DNA of 64,000 nucleotides from a bacterium (GTDB taxonomy: Bacteria > UBA8248 > JACPRG01 > G963555815), in the NCBI GenBank assembly GCA_965218795.1, contig OZ244653.1:1536001-1600000 (forward strand). The letters are read 5' to 3'. This document shows positions 52,000 through 61,026 of this stretch, piece after piece (the stretch's first letter is position 1; each line of letters starts with the position of its first letter). Made by a program: the position numbers and the translations under genes. The notes beneath the pieces are model-generated. The model had not been told where the DNA came from, did no database searches, and saw nothing but the letters and a program-made list of their open reading frames with translations.

Positions 52000-53673
52000 T
52001 CACCCCCCAAACGCTCCGTAGTGGTCTCGATGGACTCGCCGAATGGCGGCGTCAATCTTTGACCGGGGGATATCCATCCGATGCAAGAGGCGTCGGATGA
52101 TCGTCAGCGAGGTCTCGAATTCTTCCGCGATCACGGTGTCGGCGCCCGCCTGATAGAGCGGCTCGACCCCCGTCTCGTAGGGCGTTCGGGCGATGATGTA
52201 GATGTCCTTGTTGAGCCGGCGGGCCATGGCCACCGCCTGCCGTGTAGCGACGGGATCGGAGATGGCGAAGACGACAGCGCGGGCCCGGCGGATGCCGACG
52301 CTTTCGAGTACGAGTTCGCTGACAGCATCACCATAATGGATCGGTATGCCCTGCCGCCGCGCCGTGGCCACGGTTCGCGGGTTCATCTCCAGGACAACGT
52401 GTTCGAGATCCGACGCCCGCAGCATCGCCGCCACATTACGCCCATTCAGTCCGTACCCTACGATCAGTGTATGGTCGGAAACGTCCAGACTCTCAGGTAC
52501 GCTCGCACTCGTTTGGCCGGCACCTGCGGGCAAACGGTTGGAAGCCGTGGAGACCAGCGGTGAGAGCACCATCGTCATGAGAATAACGGCCAAGACCATT
52601 TGCTCCGGCCCCGGGCCCAGGATCTGACCTTTCTGCGCGGCTCGTACCAGAACAATAGAGAACTCTCCGATCTGCGACAGCAGCAGACCGGAGGCCAACG
52701 CCACGCGCAGCGGAAAACCCAGAATCCGCACCGTGCCCGCGACCACGGCCGCCTTGACGAGCATGACGGCCGCAGCGATGCCGAGAATCATGGCCGCGTT
52801 CTCGAGCAGGAGTCGAGGATCGATCAACATGCCGATCGAGACGAAAAAGAGGCTGTTGAACGTCTCCCGGAACGGCAGGACGTCGGAGAGGATCTGGTGG
52901 CTGTATTCCGACTCCGAGATCACCAGGCCGGCAACGAAGGCTCCCAGTCCCGGGCTGATCCCGAAACGGGAGCTGACCCACGCCGTTGCCGTCACCGTCA
53001 CGATCACCGAAAGGATAAAGATATCCCGGCTGCGCGACGCGACCGTTCTGGCAATGAAGCGGGGAACGATCGCCCGGGCGGCAATCAGGATGAGAACGAT
53101 CGCCGCCAGCGAAATCCCGAGCGCGGAGGCGAGCCTGGCCGGGTCGGGCGCGCTTCGGCCGCTCAAGAAAGGCAGCATCAACATCATCGGTACAACCGCA
53201 ATGTCCTGAAACACCAATATGGCAAGCGAGAGATTGCCCTTCGGCGAGAGAGCCTCAGCCCGTTCGTGCAGCAGGCGCAGGGCGATGACCGTGCTGCTCA
53301 GCGCCGTGACCATCCCCAGGAAAATCGAGAGCTTCAAGGATCCCGAAACCGCATAGGCGACACCTCCGGCCAGAAGTCCGGTGGCGGCGACCTGGATTCC
53401 CCCGCCGGCCAGGACCATCCACCGCATCCGGTAGATTCGTTCGATCGAGAACTCCACGCCGATGGAGAACAGCAGGAGCATGACGCCGATCTCCTCCATC
53501 AGACGGACGTCCTCGTTCGAGGCGATCAAGCCCAGGCCCGAAGGGCCGATGAGCATTCCCGCCACAAGGAAACCGGTGATCGTCGAGAGCCGCGCGGCCC
53601 GGAACAGGTAAGAGACCAGCACGGCGGCGCCGAACAGAATCGTCAGGTCTCTGAGGAGGTGGCTATCTTCCAT
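52000..53673 (-). CDS. CPA2-family cation:proton antiporter with TrkA-N (KefC/YbaL-like)
   Basis: EIGVMLLLFSIGVEFS, LSSTVI, LVFQDI, LGAFVAG, SQIGEF, IVGYGLNG. Confidence 0.92.
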   Translation of the reverse strand: MEDSHLLRDLTILFGAAVLVSYLFRAARLSTITGFLVAGMLIGPSGLGLIASNEDVRLMEEIGVMLLLFSIGVEFSIERIYRMRWMVLAGGGIQVAATGLLAGGVAYAVSGSLKLSIFLGMVTALSSTVIALRLLHERAEALSPKGNLSLAILVFQDIAVVPMMLMLPFLSGRSAPDPARLASALGISLAAIVLILIAARAIVPRFIARTVASRSRDIFILSVIVTVTATAWVSSRFGISPGLGAFVAGLVISESEYSHQILSDVLPFRETFNSLFFVSIGMLIDPRLLLENAAMILGIAAAVMLVKAAVVAGTVRILGFPLRVALASGLLLSQIGEFSIVLVRAAQKGQILGPGPEQMVLAVILMTMVLSPLVSTASNRLPAGAGQTSASVPESLDVSDHTLIVGYGLNGRNVAAMLRASDLEHVVLEMNPRTVATARRQGIPIHYGDAVSELVLESVGIRRARAVVFAISDPVATRQAVAMARRLNKDIYIIARTPYETGVEPLYQAGADTVIAEEFETSLTIIRRLLHRMDIPRSKIDAAIRRVHRDHYGAFGG

Positions 53674-53849
53674 TTTCCAATGGTTCAGTCGGGCGAACGA
53701 TTCCAGTCAGTCCGGTTTCCACCCCAGCAACGGGGAAGAGGGACCCGTGAACCCGCCCCACAGGCGATCGGGGTCCGGAGCAAAGGCGTCATCGGGATCG
53801 CCGTGAAACAGCGCTCAGTCGTCGCCGATTGCCGGTTCAGCATCCAAGC

Positions 53850-53963
53850 CGGAGGGAACCACGACCAGATACAGGCCATTGCCATCCGCATATTGACCCG
53901 GCTTCTTCAACGATCGTACCCGGACGGCTGTCAGAGCGTTGACCGGATGCGGGCGGCGGACAT
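53850..53963 (-). pseudogene. P4-like tyrosine integrase N-terminal (Arm-binding) remnant
   Basis: HPVNALTAVRVRSLKKPGQYADGNGLYLVV.PSG, then homology is lost. Confidence 0.8.
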
Positions 53964-54089
53964 CGGTCTCACCGGCTCCGTCAATCCGCATACTTGATGG
54001 TGTTCTGAATTGTATATGAGTGAAATCGATCATTTTGTAAATCGCTTGAAATGAGCAACGTAAAATAGATTTTCGGTATACCGCTGCAT

Positions 54090-54310
54090 TCATCGCCTGG
54101 AAGCTGTTTCAGACCCTGTCGGCTTCCGACGTTCAGGAGACGCTGGATATGCACCGGAAGCCACCGGCGTCAGCCGTGTCCAGGTTCGGCACCGGGCAAG
54201 ATCGAACGCTATGAAACTTCATGGGAACTGGATTTGCCCCGTTTCGGTGGACACTTTCAGACTGTGCGCAGGAGTTGTTCAGATGCCGAAAGCCCATCCG
54301 CCTTACGCGC
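54090..54310 (+). mobile_element. IS3-family remnants
   Basis: OrfB core fragment IAWKLFQTLSASDVQETLDM (~54090-54195); left-end-like TGGATTTGCCCCGTTTCGGTGGACAC at 54229, then AGGAG and OrfA start MPKAHPPYA (54283), truncated at ~54310. Confidence 0.7.
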
Positions 54311-54870
54311 TGAGCAGGATCGGAAATAACTGTAGGGGCCAGTTTTACCGTGTCATACCGTGCCTATGCGTGTCATACCGTGCCAGAGTGGGTGGGGTGC
54401 CGTGGCGGCGCGCCGCAAAGATGCGTTTCAAATGCTGGTCAAACGTCACAATTCCGACCGCCGCCTTCCTGCGTCGGACGCCTGAATACAGCGTAACAAG
54501 CGCCTTTTCCGGGACAAATTAAAGACATGAGGGGTTCACAACACCCCTGGGGCCGGGATGGCCAGGCAGGCCGGGACCCCAAAACGACAAAAATATCTGT
54601 AGATTTCGGCCTTGCAACGGTCGAAAAGGCCCTTGCAACGCCGTTTCATGGGCGGTTCCGGGGCCTTTTTTCGTGGGGCGCCGCTTGCTCTCCCTCCCCT
54701 GAACGGGGAATCGGCGAAAGTCCGGTCCGCCGGTGCGGCCCCTTCATGTATCACTCCCCCCTTGAGGGGGAGTCGGCAAGGCGCAGCCGAGCCGGTGGGG
54801 GGAAATCGGCTGTTCGCCTTCACGCGACGGAGGGAGTGGAGCGGCCTTGTTGCCGGACAAGGGCGGGAAA
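54311..54870 (+). repeat. left arm of long imperfect inverted repeat flanking the defence island
   Basis: Reverse complement of ~62298-63033 in blocks: TGAGCAGGATCGGAAATAACTGTAG, phased TACCGTG array, 46-bp core 54491-54536, TTGCAACGCCGTTTCAT...GGGCCTTTTTTCGTGGGGCGCCGCTTGCTCTCCCTCCCC, TCACTCCCCCCTT...GGCAAGGCGCAGCCGAGCCGGTGGGGG. Confidence 0.88.
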
Positions 54871-55101
54871 CCAGTCTCCCTCGCCCCCGCCCTGTGAGCG
54901 AGTCCCCCTGACGAGGGGGGACAGGGAATTGTCCGTGCGCCCAACACTCCCCGCATCACGCATAATCGCGCCTTGGGTGGGCGATGCCGTCCCGGCCCCG
55001 CCGCCAACGACCCGCCTCGCCGTGGGAAGCCCTTTCGGTTATGATTCCGGTAGCTGACGAGGACCGCCCAAAGAATCCCGATGAGAAAAGAACCCGATTG
55101 A

Positions 55102-57888
55102 ATGCGCCTGTCGTGGAATGAGATTCGCGTCCGGGCCGCCGCCTTCGCCGAGGAGTGGCGGGACGCGGCCTACGAGAAGGGCGAGACGCAAAGCTTCTAC
55201 AACGACTTCTTCCAGGTGTTCGGCGTCCTCCGGCGGACCGTCGCGCGCTACGAAGAGCACGTCAAGCGGCTCGACAACACCCACGGCTACATCGACCTGT
55301 TCTGGCCGGGCGTCCTGCTCGTCGAGCAGAAGAGCGCCGGGCGCGATCTAGACCGCGCCTACGACCAGGCCGGGGCGTATTTCGACGCGCTTGCCGAGCA
55401 CGACCGGCCCCGCTACATCCTCCTGAGCGACTTCCAGACCTTCGAGCTTCACGATCTTGATGAACGGGAGGCCGTAACCTTCCCGCTTACGGACCTGCCC
55501 GGTCACGTCGAAGCGTTCGGCTTCATCCTGGGGGTTCAGAAGCGCGTCTTCCGGGATCAGGACCCGGTCAACATCGCGGCGTCCGAGCTCGTGGGCAGGC
55601 TGCACGACGCCCTTGCCGAGGCGGGCTACCGGGGCCACGACCTGGAGCGGTTCCTGGTTCGGATCGTGTTCTGCCTGTTCGCCGACGACACCGGCGTCTT
55701 CGAGCCGCGCGACATCTTCCTGGACCTGCTTGAGAACCGCACCGCCGAAGACGGATCCGATACCGGGTCGCGGCTGGCCGAACTGTTCCAGGTTCTCGAC
55801 ACTCCGGAAGAGGAGCGCCAAAAGACGCTCGACGAGGACCTCGCCCGGTTCCCCTACGTGAACGGCGCTCTGTTCGAGGGGCCGTTGCGCATCCCGTCGT
55901 TCGACGCTTCCATGCGCGAGGCCCTGCTGGATGTTTGCCGGTTCGACTGGTCGAACATCTCGCCCGCCATCTTCGGCTCGCTGTTCCAGTCGGTCATGGA
56001 GCCTGCGGAGCGCCGGGCCCAGGGCGCCCACTACACCACCGAGAAGAACATCCTCAAGGTCATCGAGCCTTTGTTCATGGACGACCTGCGGTCGGAGTTC
56101 GAACGGCTCAAGGCCCGCAAGGACAGCCGCCGTGTCGCAGAGCTTCGGAGGTTTCAGGAAAAGCTGGGGAGGATGACGTTCTTCGACCCGGCCTGCGGGT
56201 GCGGGAACTTCCTGATCATCGCCTACCGGGAGCTGCGCGAGCTTGAAATCGCGGTGATGAAGGAAATCCATCCCCACGGTCAGTTGGATGTGCTGGCGGA
56301 AACCCTGTCCGTGATCGACGTGGATCAGTTCTACGGAATCGAGATCGGCGAGTTCCCGGCCCGGATCGCCGAGACCGCCCTGTGGATGATGGACCACATC
56401 ATGAACAACCGGCTCAGCCTGGAGTTCGGCCAGACCTATGCGCGGATTCCCTTGCGGACTTCGCCGCGCATCGTGAACGCCGACGCGCTGGAGACCGACT
56501 GGACGGAACTGCTGAAGCCGGAAGACTGTTCCTTCGTGTTCGGCAATCCGCCCTTCGTGGGCGCGAAGTTCCAGACCACGGAGCAGCGCTCCCAAGTGCG
56601 CCGCATCGCCGCCCTGGGCAGGACCGGCGGCACGCTCGACTACGTGACCGCGTGGTTCATCAAGGCCGGGGAGTATGTGCGAACGAGCCCGGCCCGCATC
56701 GGCTTCGTCGCCACCAACTCCATCACCCAGGGGGAGCAGGTGGCGCAGCTCTGGCCGATCCTGTTCGACCGCTGCAGGCTGGAGATCGCCTTTGCCCACC
56801 GCACCTTTGCCTGGGGTTCGGACGCCCGCTGGGCGGCCCACGTGCACGTCGTGATCATCGGTCTTGACCGGCGTAAGAATGCGCGGTCGGACAAGCGCCT
56901 GTTCAGCTATCCCGACATTAACGGCCAGCCGGAGGAAACGCTTCATGCCGCGCTCTTGCCCTACCTGTTCGACGCCGGGCGATTGGCGGACCCTCACCTC
57001 ACCGTGCGCGAGGAAGGCAGGCCGATTAACGGGGCACGAAGACTGATCACCGGATCCAAACCCATCGACATGGGATACTTCATTTTCAATGCCGAGCAGC
57101 GAAGGGACTTCTTGGCAGCGGAACCGGGCGCTGCACCGTTCTTGCGTCCGTTCGTGGGCGCGCGGGAATATCTGCGAGGCGGGGAACGCTGGATTCTCGC
57201 CCTCCACGACGCGCCGCCGAACGAGTTAGCGCAACTGCCGCATGTACGAGAACGCATTGCTGCTGTCCGCGCGTACCGTGAGGAAAGCGACAGCCTGCCG
57301 ACGCAAAAGCTCGCGGAGACGCCGACGCTCTACCATGTGAACGTGATCCCTACTGTGCCGTTCCTGGTGATCCCTGAAGTGAGTTCCGAGCGGCGGGAGT
57401 ACATCCCCATCGCATGGATGGAGCCGCCCGTGATCCCGAGCAATCTCGTTCGTATAGTCCAGAACGCCGCCCTATACGACTTTGCCCTGCTTACCTCCGC
57501 CATGCACATGAGCTGGCTGCGCTATGTCGGCGGACGGCTAGAGAGTCGCTACCGCTACTCCATCGGCCTTGTCTACAACACTTTTCCGCTACCGCCCGTT
57601 GGCGAAGAGGAACTGGAACGCCTTGTTCCCCACGCCGAGGCCGTCCTCGACGCCCGCGCGAACCATCCCGATGCGACGCTGGCCGACCTCTACGACCCCG
57701 ACCTCATGCCTGCCGATCTGCGCAAGGGCCACCGAGCCCTCGACCGCGCCGTGGACCGGCTCTACCGCCGCGCCCCCTTCCCCTCCGAACGCGAGCGCGT
57801 GGAGCACTTGTTCATGCTCTATGAGAAGATGCGTTCGCCCCTGGAAGCCGGGGTGAAGGCGAAACGGAGGAAAAAGCGGCGGGGGTGA
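55102..57888 (+). CDS. MmeI-like type IIL restriction-modification enzyme (fused nuclease, N6-adenine MTase and TRD)
   Basis: N-terminal GYIDLFWPGVLLVEQKS (PD-ExK), FPYVNG.LF, GAHYT, FDPACGCGNF, GNPPF, TNSITQGEQ, GRLESRYRYS...YNTFP, TLADLYDP. Confidence 0.92.
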   Translation: MRLSWNEIRVRAAAFAEEWRDAAYEKGETQSFYNDFFQVFGVLRRTVARYEEHVKRLDNTHGYIDLFWPGVLLVEQKSAGRDLDRAYDQAGAYFDALAEHDRPRYILLSDFQTFELHDLDEREAVTFPLTDLPGHVEAFGFILGVQKRVFRDQDPVNIAASELVGRLHDALAEAGYRGHDLERFLVRIVFCLFADDTGVFEPRDIFLDLLENRTAEDGSDTGSRLAELFQVLDTPEEERQKTLDEDLARFPYVNGALFEGPLRIPSFDASMREALLDVCRFDWSNISPAIFGSLFQSVMEPAERRAQGAHYTTEKNILKVIEPLFMDDLRSEFERLKARKDSRRVAELRRFQEKLGRMTFFDPACGCGNFLIIAYRELRELEIAVMKEIHPHGQLDVLAETLSVIDVDQFYGIEIGEFPARIAETALWMMDHIMNNRLSLEFGQTYARIPLRTSPRIVNADALETDWTELLKPEDCSFVFGNPPFVGAKFQTTEQRSQVRRIAALGRTGGTLDYVTAWFIKAGEYVRTSPARIGFVATNSITQGEQVAQLWPILFDRCRLEIAFAHRTFAWGSDARWAAHVHVVIIGLDRRKNARSDKRLFSYPDINGQPEETLHAALLPYLFDAGRLADPHLTVREEGRPINGARRLITGSKPIDMGYFIFNAEQRRDFLAAEPGAAPFLRPFVGAREYLRGGERWILALHDAPPNELAQLPHVRERIAAVRAYREESDSLPTQKLAETPTLYHVNVIPTVPFLVIPEVSSERREYIPIAWMEPPVIPSNLVRIVQNAALYDFALLTSAMHMSWLRYVGGRLESRYRYSIGLVYNTFPLPPVGEEELERLVPHAEAVLDARANHPDATLADLYDPDLMPADLRKGHRALDRAVDRLYRRAPFPSERERVEHLFMLYEKMRSPLEAGVKAKRRKKRRG

Positions 57889-57906
57889 CCAATCTTCAAC
57901 AGAACA

Positions 57907-58773
57907 CTAACGGGTGAATCCATAATCCCAGCGATTCTTGAGCTCCTCATCTTCGTCTTCGTCGTCGGCGAATACGTGGGAAGAAAGAATGGTCAGCGTC
58001 TTGCCATAGGTCCCGAGGCCAACGACCTCCTCCACACCCGAGATGGACCGGTGGCCGCCAAACCAGTCGCGCAGATCTGTTTCGCCTTCGCGACGCCGTG
58101 CATGTGTCACATTGGCGGGGTCACGGTTAAAGGCGTCGGTCTCAACGCCTGCGGGTAGCGATTGGCTCTTTTGGGGCCATTCCAAGTCATCGAAATCCTT
58201 CAACGGTTTCGACATGAAACAATAATCGATACGTGGACCGATGCTGATCACCATGGCCACCGGGACGCTTGCCTCGTGGATGTAGCGGTTGGCTGCTGCC
58301 GTGAGCGAGGTTACGCAGCGATCCGCCATAGATTCGACTGCCTGCAATCCATCGCCAAACTTCCGTAATTCCTGTGAGAGCAGTGAGTCGGGCATCAACA
58401 GAGCTCCAGCAAAATGATCGGCTTCACGCTCGTAGTGATCATCTGCGGCAAATCCGGCGTGCGATTCATGAATGCCATCATGGGGCAAGATGGCCTCTAC
58501 GTGACCAGGAAGCCGGTAATGCCCGATTTCGTGGGCAACGCAGAAGCGCTTGAATCCTTCATTGTTGATATGAGTGGCGTAGCCGATGGCAAATTCGTTG
58601 CCACGGCGTATGAGCATCCCTGATACCCCGCCGGTAGCGGGCTTGGGCTGAACCAGAACACCCAGCGATTCAGCAATGGCGATGGGGTCGACTGGTAGGC
58701 AATCGATTTCAAGCTCCTTGATTAGCCGCTCGGCTTCATGGGCTGCGAATAAATCATGCTCCCTGCCCGCCAC
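57907..58773 (-). CDS. capP: ImmA/IrrE-family Zn metallopeptidase (CapP-like)
   Basis: RFCVAHEIGHY (HExxH), EREADHFAGALLMP; directly downstream of the HTH gene. Confidence 0.88.
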   Translation of the reverse strand: MAGREHDLFAAHEAERLIKELEIDCLPVDPIAIAESLGVLVQPKPATGGVSGMLIRRGNEFAIGYATHINNEGFKRFCVAHEIGHYRLPGHVEAILPHDGIHESHAGFAADDHYEREADHFAGALLMPDSLLSQELRKFGDGLQAVESMADRCVTSLTAAANRYIHEASVPVAMVISIGPRIDYCFMSKPLKDFDDLEWPQKSQSLPAGVETDAFNRDPANVTHARRREGETDLRDWFGGHRSISGVEEVVGLGTYGKTLTILSSHVFADDEDEDEELKNRWDYGFTR

Positions 58774-58774
58774 A

Positions 58775-59134
58775 CTAATTGTCCTTTTTTTCGCGTTTCT
58801 TAGCTCGTTCAGCAAGCATCTTGATCATATCTTCAGCGAAAGTGCGATCCGAACCTTTCAGTTGGCCGAGATGACGATGAAGCCTATCAGCGCCTGCAAG
58901 CCCAGCGGGGTCGTGAACACGGCCAAGCAGATAATCGGTTGTGACGTTCAGCGCATCCGCCAGCCGCTTGAGGTTATCGAAGGACGGCTTGCGCGCACCG
59001 ATTTCAAAGTGAGACACGGCGGATGCCTGAAGGCCGGTGATCCGCGCCAACTCGGACTGGTTCAGATCTCGTAGTTCACGCGCCATGCGCAATCTTTCGG
59101 GAAAAATATTCGAGGGTTGGGTTGATTTTTTCAT
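58775..59134 (-). CDS. capH: XRE-family HTH repressor (CapH-like)
   Basis: FPERLRMARELRDLNQSELARITGLQASAVSHFEIGARKPS...LADALNVTTDYLLG; divergent from the CD-NTase. Confidence 0.88.
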   Translation of the reverse strand: MKKSTQPSNIFPERLRMARELRDLNQSELARITGLQASAVSHFEIGARKPSFDNLKRLADALNVTTDYLLGRVHDPAGLAGADRLHRHLGQLKGSDRTFAEDMIKMLAERAKKREKKDN

Positions 59135-59240
59135 GACGAGATCGTATATTGAAGATGACGTTATTCGAATAGCTGAAATCGCCTTTTTTTTAGCGTTTCA
59201 GCATGACGAGTTCGTTAAGTATAGACGACGAAAACGTCGT
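59133..59240. promoter_or_regulatory. putative CapH operators in the divergent promoter
   Basis: AYGACG-N4-CGT.. boxes at 59133, 59155, 59203 and 59225 (the last, ACGACGAAAACGTCGT, is a perfect palindrome). Confidence 0.6.
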
Positions 59241-59306
59241 TCACAACAATTATCGAAACTACGCTCCGGCCGAGTTGCCGGGGCAACCAATCAAGGAGGG
59301 GAAACG

Positions 59307-60575
59307 ATGGCTTCTCCAAACGTTAGACAGTCTCCGCGGCCACCCCTGACTGATCCGGTGGACATGCTCCTAGCTGACGTGGCTATCCGCGTCCAGCTCA
59401 GCCGAACCGATTATAACAAAACCGTTAATAGGTATCAGGCAATCAACCGCTGGATCGAACGCGTCGAGAGCCCGCTGGAGGATCGTGTCGAATTATTTTA
59501 TCCGCAGGGGTCTATGGCGATCAACGCCACAATCGCATCGAAGCTCAAGACGGACGAGTTCGACATCGACGTGGTGGCGCAACTCGATCTTCCGGCAGAC
59601 GTATCGCCCACAAAAGTCCTGGACCTGTTGCACCAAGCGATCAAGGGAGAACCGGGTTCCAGATACCATCGGATGGTAAGGCGGAGAACGCGGTGCGTTA
59701 CCGTCGATTACCGCGATGACATGCACCTCGATGTCACGCCGATGCTACGCCGGGCGGGGACTCCGGAGCGGGAGAGCTGGATATTTCACCACAGACCGGA
59801 AACGCCACACCAACCGGGTCGTCGGCTCGTCGCCAACCCTTATGGCTTCGCCGAATTGTTCAAGGACAGCACACCACCCGATCACGCCTTCACCGAGGAT
59901 TTCGAGACGCGGGCGGGCGAGTGCGAGGCGCGGATATTCGCAGAAATGGCGGACAGCGATCCTGTTCCACCCCAGGACCTGTCATTTCGAAAATCCAAGG
60001 CAGTGATCGTCCTCCAACTCCTGAAGCGCTGGCGTAACGTGCAATACGACAGGCGTGATGGCCGACGACCACCATCGATCATGATGGCGAAACTGGTGGC
60101 CGACGCTGCGAACCATACGGACCGACTGTCGGAGGAAATGCTACTCCAGGCCGATCACATGTTGTCCGTATTCCAGCGATACCACCACGGAGGTCATCTC
60201 ATTCGCGTTGTAAACCCGGTGTGTGAACAGGATATTCTGACTGATCGCTGGCCAGGGTCGTTGGAGGACCAAGCGGTGTTCATCCGCGACCTCGAAAACT
60301 TTGTTGCTAAGGTCGAGCGCCTGGTTTCCGGATGTGATCTTGGAAAAATGCGGGAAATCATGGCGGAACTATTCGGCGAAGTGCCAACAGGGGATGCTTT
60401 CGTGGCCTTCAACCAGCGTTTGGGCGACAAAGTTCATGGCGGAAGTCAGTATAGCCCCAACAACGGCAGACTGGTCGTTCCGGCAACAGCGGCCGGGGCA
60501 AGCATGACGGCGCCGTTGGCAACCAGCACAACGCCAAAACACACCTTCTACGGCGGTGATCGGCATAGACAATGA
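59307..60575 (+). CDS. CBASS cGAS/DncV-like nucleotidyltransferase (CD-NTase)
   Basis: YPQGSMAINATI...EFDIDVV, RCVTVDY..MHLDVTP, ANPYGF, QLLKRWRN, NPV..DILTDRW, C-terminal HTFYGG; AGGAGG RBS. Confidence 0.92.
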   Translation: MASPNVRQSPRPPLTDPVDMLLADVAIRVQLSRTDYNKTVNRYQAINRWIERVESPLEDRVELFYPQGSMAINATIASKLKTDEFDIDVVAQLDLPADVSPTKVLDLLHQAIKGEPGSRYHRMVRRRTRCVTVDYRDDMHLDVTPMLRRAGTPERESWIFHHRPETPHQPGRRLVANPYGFAELFKDSTPPDHAFTEDFETRAGECEARIFAEMADSDPVPPQDLSFRKSKAVIVLQLLKRWRNVQYDRRDGRRPPSIMMAKLVADAANHTDRLSEEMLLQADHMLSVFQRYHHGGHLIRVVNPVCEQDILTDRWPGSLEDQAVFIRDLENFVAKVERLVSGCDLGKMREIMAELFGEVPTGDAFVAFNQRLGDKVHGGSQYSPNNGRLVVPATAAGASMTAPLATSTTPKHTFYGGDRHRQ

Positions 60576-61015
60576 GTCTGACGATTTGGAAGCAGATCGA
60601 ATCCATGCGGCGGAAATGGCCGGACTTCCGGGTTCTTCAACGCACGAGCCAGATTGCATATTGGGAAGGGAAACTGCGGCCTCTAAGCCAAGTTTACACT
60701 GTTAGGATATTCTTTTACCGCGAACGAAAAAACTACCGCGCTGAGATTTCATCGTCTACGCACGTGACGGTAATCGACCCGCTGCTGCGCCAACGGATCG
60801 AAGATCCGGACGAGCCAATCCCGCACCACTACCCGAACCAGCGCTGTCCTGAACAACCAATACTCTGTCTGCATGATCCGGACGCGCATGAATGGGATCA
60901 TTCCCGTCCAATCGCCCAGACCATCGTCCCTTGGACGATTGATTGGCTGGCTTGCTACGAAGGCTGGCTTGCCACAGGCGAATGGACCGGCGGCGGGAGG
61001 CACCCAACGGCCTAG
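60572..61015 (+). CDS. CBASS-associated prokaryotic E2 (short Cap2-like)
   Basis: WEGKLRP...YTVRI, IPHHY...LCLHDP..EW...IAQTIVPWTIDWLACYEGWLATGEWTGGG; ATGA overlap with CD-NTase. Confidence 0.85.
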   Translation: MSLTIWKQIESMRRKWPDFRVLQRTSQIAYWEGKLRPLSQVYTVRIFFYRERKNYRAEISSSTHVTVIDPLLRQRIEDPDEPIPHHYPNQRCPEQPILCLHDPDAHEWDHSRPIAQTIVPWTIDWLACYEGWLATGEWTGGGRHPTA

Positions 61016-61026
61016 GGGATATGACC

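Noticed and set aside
53680-53780. tRNA or att site next to the integrase remnant
   Set aside because: No T-loop or cloverleaf could be recognised here or at the right end of the island.
54491-54536. Integron attC or dif/Xer site (GCGTAACAAGCGCC...)
   Set aside because: No matching GTTRRRY with a complementary stem, no cassette architecture, and no XerC/D arm match.
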